From the IMG/VR virus record IMGVR_UViG_3300026198_000003: a DNA stretch of 37,748 nt. One strand, 5' to 3'. The DNA is from a virus. How positions within the stretch are numbered: position 1 is the first letter of the stretch; each line of letters begins with the position of its first letter. The notes beneath the pieces were generated by a model. The model had not been told where the DNA came from and did not search any database. It saw only the letters and a program-made list of their open reading frames with translations. Made by a program: the position numbers and the translations under genes. This document shows positions 33,428 through 37,748 of the stretch, one piece after another.

Positions 33428-33636
33428 ACGTCGTCTCCACGGGCTGGACCGCGTTCGAGGCCGAGGTCGTGGCCGCGTGCGACCTCATGAACGGCGAGAT
33501 CAAGGAGGCGATGGCGACGCTGGATCCGCAGAAAGGACCGCCGAAGCCGGCGCCGGGAGCACTCGTCGAACGCGAGGCTATGCCGGAGCGTCGGGACTGG
33601 TGGGGAGAGGAGTGTCCGGATCGTCGAGGAGAATGA
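33424..33636 (+). CDS. Hypothetical protein sharing the N-terminal STGW..E motif of the HTH paralogs
   Basis: GTGA overlap with the upstream gene. VNVVSTGWTAFEAEVVAA. 70 aa. Confidence 0.45.
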   Translation: MNVVSTGWTAFEAEVVAACDLMNGEIKEAMATLDPQKGPPKPAPGALVEREAMPERRDWWGEECPDRRGE

Positions 33637-33757
33637 CCATGCATCGGCGGCCGACCCAATCGACCGGGACGTTCACGCGGGCGCTATTGCCGCCTTCTCG
33701 AACGATCCGCTCGATTATTGAGAACCCTTCGACCTTCACCTCTATCGGCGTCGCCAT
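33578..33757 (-). CDS. AbrB/SpoVT-type (DUF2080-like) small DNA-binding protein; the only convincing minus-strand gene
   Basis: MATPIEVKVEGFSIIERIVREGGNSARVNVPVDWVGRRCMVILL matches the ..GNSxRVxVPxxWxG..V.V.. swapped-hairpin pattern. The TATA box centre lies about 26 nt upstream of the ATG with no SD, indicating a leaderless mRNA. Confidence 0.6.
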   Translation of the reverse strand: MATPIEVKVEGFSIIERIVREGGNSARVNVPVDWVGRRCMVILLDDPDTPLPTSPDAPA

Positions 33758-33830
33758 GTATGCACAATGTGTGCACCAATTATATATAGTCTTAACGTGC
33801 ATATTAGGTATGCACAGTGTGTGCACAGGA
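33758..33830. promoter_or_regulatory. Back-to-back promoter region with two copies of the palindrome TGCACA-NNN-TGTGCA flanking AT-rich boxes
   Basis: GTATGCACAATGTGTGCAC (33758-33776) and GTATGCACAGTGTGTGCAC (33808-33826) match at 18 of 19 positions. AATTATATATAG lies at 33778-33789 and ATATTA at 33801-33806. Confidence 0.6.
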
Positions 33831-33897
33831 GGTGACGGGATAGAGACTTATTACTCCGTCGACAGGCGGGGGCGCGGAAACGCGTTTGACGTGGTTA

Positions 33898-34197
33898 GGC
33901 AGTCTTGGTATGGCGGGGCGAGGCTGGGTTGGGTTTGGCACGGCGAGGCAGTCCTGGTTGGGCGAGGCTTGGCATGGTGCGGCCCGGCACGGCTCGGCAG
34001 TCGTGGCAGGGCACGGCGCGGTGCGGCGCGGCGTGGATCGGCGTGGATCGGCAGTCGTGGCGAGGCACGGCGTGGACCGGCACGGTTTGGTACGGCGCGG
34101 CAGCCTTGGTTTGGTTGGGCGCGGCACGGCATGGTCCGGCACGGCGAGGCAGGGCGCGGTTCGGCATGGCGAGGCCCGGTTGGGTACGGCGCGGCAG
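33898..34197 (+). repeat. G-rich degenerate tandem repeat tract, six units of about 49 bp
   Basis: The anchor GGCAG recurs at 33898, 33947, 33996, 34050, 34099, 34148 and 34193. Junction consensus is GG(C/T)ACGGCG(A/C)GGCAG(T/C)CNTGG. The ORF track shows open frames in all six frames across 33905-34209. Confidence 0.85.
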
Positions 34198-34232
34198 ACA
34201 TGGGAACACAAAATCTAAAGGAGTGATTAAAA

Positions 34233-34853
34233 ATGGCAGTAGCTAGGAAGGCGGGGGGTCCGGTCGAACTGACTCCCCTGAAGATCAGCACGGTCAAGAT
34301 ACCGATTATCGGTGTGACGCCGCTGATAACGCACAACTGGTCAGAGAAGGCCAAGAAACAGATGGCCGACAAGCAGGCCGGCAAGGCCGTCGCGAAGAAG
34401 GCGCCGAAGATCCCCGAAGAGGACTATGAGGGTGCGTTCTATCGCTTCGCTGACGGTCGGCCGGGGTTCCCGGCGTCCGGCTTCAAGGCCGCGATTGTCG
34501 GCGGCGCCAGGATGTTCGACGGCATCCCCATGACGAAACTCAAAGTGGCCGTGCGCGTCGAAGCAGAGGACGAAAGCGGGCTCGTCGAGATCAAGGGGTC
34601 GGCGCCGAAGATGCGCGAGGATATGGTCCGTCTCGAGACAGGCGTGGCCGACATCCGATACCGCCCCGAGTTCACCGAATGGCACGCGACTCTGACGATC
34701 ACGTTCAACGAGTCCATGCTATCCCAAGAGCAGCTCGTGAACCTCGTCAACGCGGCCGGCTTCGGCGGAGTCGGCGAATGGCGCCCGAGTGCGCCCAAGT
34801 CGGCGAGCGGTTCGTACGGATGCTTCCGCGTCAAGACGGAGGCGGACGAATGA
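34233..34853 (+). CDS. Hypothetical conserved-looking protein with a glycine-rich C-terminal loop
   Basis: Strong SD aaggag 12 nt upstream. 206 aa. GVTPLITHNW and AGFGGVGEWRP....GSYGCFRV motifs. No confident family assignment. Confidence 0.7.
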   Translation: MAVARKAGGPVELTPLKISTVKIPIIGVTPLITHNWSEKAKKQMADKQAGKAVAKKAPKIPEEDYEGAFYRFADGRPGFPASGFKAAIVGGARMFDGIPMTKLKVAVRVEAEDESGLVEIKGSAPKMREDMVRLETGVADIRYRPEFTEWHATLTITFNESMLSQEQLVNLVNAAGFGGVGEWRPSAPKSASGSYGCFRVKTEADE

Positions 34854-35359
34854 CCGACTATGCCTGGAAGACCCCACGGGTCTTCGGTCACGTCGACCCA
34901 AACGCGGCGGGAGGGTTCGTCGAGTCGCTGATTGAGAAACACGGATCGGTTCGTCCGATGACACTGGTCAACGAGAGCCGGCCAGCCGATGCCGTGCTCC
35001 ATCCCGTTTTCGAGTGGGACGACACGATCGCCGCCGAGCGGTTCCGCGAGGAGCAGGGGCGCGGAGTTCTGAAAAACCTCGTCGTGATCTCGCCGGCAAC
35101 CGAGGCGCGCCCCGACCCGGTCGAACTGCGGGCCTTCGTCCCGGTGACGATCAAGAAGGACGAGGACCGCGGCTACGTGACGATCAAGGAGGTCTTGCAC
35201 ACTCCAGACTACCTGGAGGAGATGCTCGACCGGGCCCGGCGCGATCTGCTCTCATTTGAGCGGAAGTACGAGATGCTGAAGGACGAGGACGACCTCGCAG
35301 CGGTCTTCACGGCGATCGAATCCCTGAAGAAATCTGCCGACGAGGTGGGTGCGGCATGA
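34850..35359 (+). CDS. Hypothetical phage-type protein (LHPVFEWDDTIAAERFREEQGR motif)
   Basis: ATGA overlap with the upstream gene. 169 aa. I recall the xLHxxFEWDDxxAAxxxR motif from uncharacterised phage proteins, but I cannot name the family. Confidence 0.65.
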   Translation: MTDYAWKTPRVFGHVDPNAAGGFVESLIEKHGSVRPMTLVNESRPADAVLHPVFEWDDTIAAERFREEQGRGVLKNLVVISPATEARPDPVELRAFVPVTIKKDEDRGYVTIKEVLHTPDYLEEMLDRARRDLLSFERKYEMLKDEDDLAAVFTAIESLKKSADEVGAA

Positions 35360-35686
35360 CATTTGCCCCTCTTCTCAAAAGCATAAACATATTCCACTCA
35401 AATATGTTTTTCAAAACCCGGTCAACGGCTGTAACCGTTTCAACTTTTCTCAAAAGAATAAACATATTTCACTTCAGTTTTTCTGCCGCCTTCGAGAGTG
35501 CGGCGTCGTCTCAGAAGGGGGTTTATAAACAAACACCAATCGGTAGAAGAAGGGCGTTGTATAGGTGGGCTTTCAAAACTATAAATAACTTAGTACGAAT
35601 GTCGGGGCATGGAGGGAGGAGCGGGACGTCCCGGACGGATCGAAAACTGAAGTCAAATATACTTATTCTTTTGACCGGAGGCCGGC
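35360..35686. promoter_or_regulatory. 327-bp AT-rich non-coding region with direct and inverted repeats (candidate origin and/or promoter-operator region)
   Basis: A ~29-nt direct repeat at 35372-35400 and 35447-35476. A 9-bp inverted repeat AAACATATT/AATATGTTT within 35385-35409. The palindrome CGGGACGTCCCG at 35622-35633. TATA-like boxes near 35521, 35579 and 35654. SD ggagg before ATG 35687. Confidence 0.5.
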
Positions 35687-36223
35687 ATGGGACAGTCGAC
35701 AGTGCACTTTGACGAGGACTTGAAGGAGGCCGCAAAGATGATCGGGGGACACGGGATCGTCTCAGAGGTCTGCAACGAAGCCCTTCGGGAGTTCGTCACG
35801 CACAAGAGCGCCCCCGACACCCTTCCACTCGCGGCCCGTGAGAAGATCGCCCTGGTCCGCGAACGGATCGAACTCGCCCGGAACGAAGAGCGGATCATTC
35901 ACGACTGTTGGGAGGAACTCGTCAAGGCCAGAATGTCGCCCATCATCGCGCGGTACGGCGTCCGCAAGAAGACGCTCGAACCCGTGATCGAGGAGGCCAA
36001 AATGTGGATCTTCGAGAAGTACGGCCGACTCCCGCCAGACGACGAGATCGCGACCCGGTTCAGGGAATACTATGCCGGCGAGTCCCTGTATTGGGGATCC
36101 CTTCGGGCCGATGTCTTCCGCATTGCACTGCTCAAGGATCAGCGCCTGAAGGAAGAGTGCCACGAGATGGGAAAGCAGATCGCGGCAACGGCCGGCGCCA
36201 TGTTGGAGAACACCCATGTCTGA
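35687..36223 (+). CDS. RHH-like N-terminal domain protein (putative regulator)
   Basis: STVHFDEDLKEAAKMIG...SEVCNEALREFV fits a CopG-type RHH. The helical C-terminal part has unknown function. Confidence 0.55.
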   Translation: MGQSTVHFDEDLKEAAKMIGGHGIVSEVCNEALREFVTHKSAPDTLPLAAREKIALVRERIELARNEERIIHDCWEELVKARMSPIIARYGVRKKTLEPVIEEAKMWIFEKYGRLPPDDEIATRFREYYAGESLYWGSLRADVFRIALLKDQRLKEECHEMGKQIAATAGAMLENTHV

Positions 36224-36548
36224 AATCCTCGACACCCTCATGCTCTCGCTCTCAACCGAGCGCGACGCGGCCGGCCTGACCCGGCTCGACCCGGCGATCA
36301 TCACTGACGCCACCGCACGAATGGACGAACTCACCGAAAAGGTCCGGCTCGGTAACGCCGACGGCATCGACGAGTATGACGCGCTGGCCGACATGCTCGA
36401 GACGCTCGCACAATTCCGCCGGCAGAAGGTCGCCTCGTTCGTTGGCCGCGACCGACCGCCGAACATGCTCCCGGCAGAAGCGGCATACCTGGACGGGCTG
36501 ACCGCGCTCACCGTCACCCTCGAAGACGCCTGGGGGCTGAAGGCATGA
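36216..36548 (+). CDS. Hypothetical helical protein (faint GINS A-domain-like pattern)
   Basis: Overlaps the upstream gene by 8 nt. FRRQKVASFVGRDRPPNMLPAEAAYLDGL resembles the R..K(I/V)......nL..eE..y motif of archaeal GINS. This is pattern recognition only. Confidence 0.5.
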   Translation: MSEILDTLMLSLSTERDAAGLTRLDPAIITDATARMDELTEKVRLGNADGIDEYDALADMLETLAQFRRQKVASFVGRDRPPNMLPAEAAYLDGLTALTVTLEDAWGLKA

Positions 36549-36913
36549 GCCCCTGCCACTGGGGGAAAAGCGCCGTTGACGATGTAACGGCTGACCGGAT
36601 CTGCCGCGACTACCTGGAGGGGGCGACGATCAAGGCCCTCCACAAAACCCACCATGTAAACCCGAAACGGATATCGGCGACGTTGCGGCGGCGCGGGATA
36701 GAGATCCGCGGGTCGCAGCACGAGCGCCGCGAGATCCCAGCCGAGGCGCGCATACTGATCCTCCAAATGTGGGGGGAGGGGCTCGGTCACCACCGCATCG
36801 CAGACGCCATGCCCGGCACCTCGGTACGCACCGTGAGGCGGGTACTGAAGGACGCCGGGATTCGGATCGGCCCCGGGCGGTTTTGGGGAGCGGCCGGACT
36901 CGAAGACCGTTGA
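36545..36913 (+). CDS. Double-HTH DNA-binding protein
   Basis: ATGA overlap with the upstream gene. Two HTH-like units: ATIKALHKTHHVNPKRISATLRRRG and LGHHRIADAMPGTSVRTVRRVLKDAG. Confidence 0.6.
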   Translation: MSPCHWGKSAVDDVTADRICRDYLEGATIKALHKTHHVNPKRISATLRRRGIEIRGSQHERREIPAEARILILQMWGEGLGHHRIADAMPGTSVRTVRRVLKDAGIRIGPGRFWGAAGLEDR

Positions 36914-36921
36914 AAATCGTA

Positions 36922-36982
36922 GTTAACACCGTTAACACATATGAAGGAGTTTAACACATGACACAAGTTAACACCGTGAACA
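36922..36982 (+). repeat. Cluster of TTAACAC heptamers (iteron/operator-like)
   Basis: GTTAACAC at 36922, 36931 and 36967. TTAACAC at 36951. The variant GTGAACA at 36976. The cluster surrounds the SD (gaaggag) and ATG 36958. Confidence 0.6.
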
Positions 36983-37083
36983 AGGCCGGCAACGACTCGC
37001 CCGCCGACGTCCTCGAGCACTTCCTCGCGGGGCGCATCGTCGAACGTCTGACCACTGAGAACAAGGAGGAATACTACCCATGA
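36958..37083 (+). CDS. Hypothetical small protein (41 aa)
   Basis: Strong SD gaaggag 8 nt upstream. ATGA coupling to the next gene. Confidence 0.45.
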   Translation: MTQVNTVNKAGNDSPADVLEHFLAGRIVERLTTENKEEYYP

Positions 37084-37349
37084 ACACTACGGTATCAGTC
37101 AAGCGCGTGCCGCCCGCGGCATACGAACAGGCAATCGAAGACGCCCAGGTCGAGGGCTGGAGCATCGACACCCGCGGCGACCGCGTGGCCGTCCTCTCGC
37201 AGGCCGGCGGCTGGGGCTCGCTCTTCGGGCACCTGATCGTCCTCTTCCTCACCGGCTGGTGGACGCTGGGGCTCGGCAATCTCGCGTATGCCCTCTTCCG
37301 CCACTACGCCGGACGGCGCGAGCTGCATATCAAGGTGGCGGACGCATGA
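37080..37349 (+). CDS. Small membrane protein
   Basis: An 89-aa ORF with aaggagga upstream. Hydrophobic segment WGSLFGHLIVLFLTGWWTLGLGNLAYALF. Confidence 0.55.
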   Translation: MNTTVSVKRVPPAAYEQAIEDAQVEGWSIDTRGDRVAVLSQAGGWGSLFGHLIVLFLTGWWTLGLGNLAYALFRHYAGRRELHIKVADA

Positions 37350-37748
37350 CCTACAAACCAGCCGACATCGCCGCCGCCCTCGCCGAGCTCAAGCGCGACG
37401 GCACCACCGTCGACCTGATCGGCGGCGAGACGTACAAACTCCCGTCCGGATTGCAACAGGTCGGCGAGGGCTCGACGCTCGACGGCCACGGTGCGCACCT
37501 GATCGCACCGAACCCGATGCGGATCGTCTCCCGCGCGCCCGGCGTCACCCTGCGGAACTTCAGCGCCAACGGGTACATCACGCTCTACAACTACGCCTCC
37601 CGGTACACCGTCGAGGACGTCCAGATCGATCACTCCCTCGACGGCGTCACCCACCTGAACCACGGCGCGAAGGCGGCGGCGACGGGCATGTTCATGACGT
37701 GGCTGCCCCTCTCGCGCACGAAGATGCTCGAGAAGCTCACCTATCGCC
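37346..37748 (+). CDS. Parallel beta-helix protein, 5' part (continues at position 128 of the window via the terminal overlap)
   Basis: ATGA overlap with the upstream gene. The frame runs without a stop to the window end, and 37622 is in frame with position 1. Confidence 0.7.
   Translation, partial: MTYKPADIAAALAELKRDGTTVDLIGGETYKLPSGLQQVGEGSTLDGHGAHLIAPNPMRIVSRAPGVTLRNFSANGYITLYNYASRYTVEDVQIDHSLDGVTHLNHGAKAAATGMFMTWLPLSRTKMLEKLTYR
37622..37748. repeat. Direct terminal repeat, copy 2
   Basis: Identical to 1-127. Confidence 0.95.

Noticed and set aside
33898-34197. Possible (mini-)CRISPR array, given regularly spaced conserved segments
   Set aside because: The repeat cores are degenerate rather than identical, and the period is only about 49 bp. 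The 'spacers' are made of the same GGC-words as the repeats. No cas genes or leader-like organisation are present.
33477-34384. Six overlapping ORFs (both strands) across the G-rich tract as protein-coding candidates
   Set aside because: All six frames are open simply because the tract lacks the base combinations needed for stops. The 49-bp period is not a multiple of 3. The translations are Gly/Arg/Ala/Trp or Pro/Ala/Arg low-complexity strings with no start or SD context.
35356-35712. 118-aa ORF spanning the AT-rich island
   Set aside because: It has AT-rich low-GC3 codons unlike every confident gene here. It consists of repeat-derived sequence and runs into the RHH gene in another frame. 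The ATG overlapping the upstream stop is likely fortuitous.
1-37748. tRNA/rRNA genes, an integrase-att module, toxin-antitoxin pairs
   Set aside because: I saw no cloverleaf-like segments in the few non-coding gaps, no tyrosine or serine recombinase catalytic motifs, and no recognisable toxin partner next to the RHH or AbrB-like genes. The absence of tRNAs should be confirmed with tRNAscan-type tools.

Overview
The window is a complete, circularly closing genome of a high-GC tailed dsDNA virus. Bases 1-127 are identical to 37622-37748, giving a unit length of 37,621 bp. It has an HK97-fold capsid and a siphovirus-like tail module. All genes but one are on the + strand, in tightly packed operons that often overlap by ATGA or GTGA. 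Gene order: (1) envelope-targeting genes (a beta-helix protein spanning the junction, LamG-like, CE4 deacetylase, fibre-like); (2) TerS, TerL and a DNA methyltransferase; (3) portal, MuF-like protein, protease-scaffold, decoration protein, major capsid protein, connectors, tail tube, chaperone, tape measure and a large receptor-binding fibre; (4) a DNA-modification block (SplB-like radical SAM, ParB-MTase); (5) an early block (RHH, RecT-like annealase, ASCH-like, many tiny Cys-rich ORFs, HTH paralogs, a second radical SAM, a DUF1064-like protein); (6) two non-coding control regions and a regulator block. I recognised no tRNA, rRNA, CRISPR array, integrase catalytic domain, polymerase or helicase. 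An archaeal (methanogen-type) host is my inference only. It rests on TATA-like boxes about 25 nt upstream of ATGs that lack an SD, hairpin-less oligo-T terminators, and a DUF2080/AbrB-like gene. The most unusual observations are: (1) a TerL intein whose HNH endonuclease ORF is out of frame with the Hint halves; (2) a related HNH ORF nested out of frame in the adjacent MTase, with a duplicated MTase motif and the same 5' border sequence; (3) a roughly 300 bp G-rich tract with a 49-bp period and no stops in any of six frames, downstream of back-to-back promoters with twin palindromic operators and the only minus-strand gene; (4) a start-less tail chaperone extension in the +1 frame; (5) a radical SAM gene bracketed by perfect 23-bp direct repeats.
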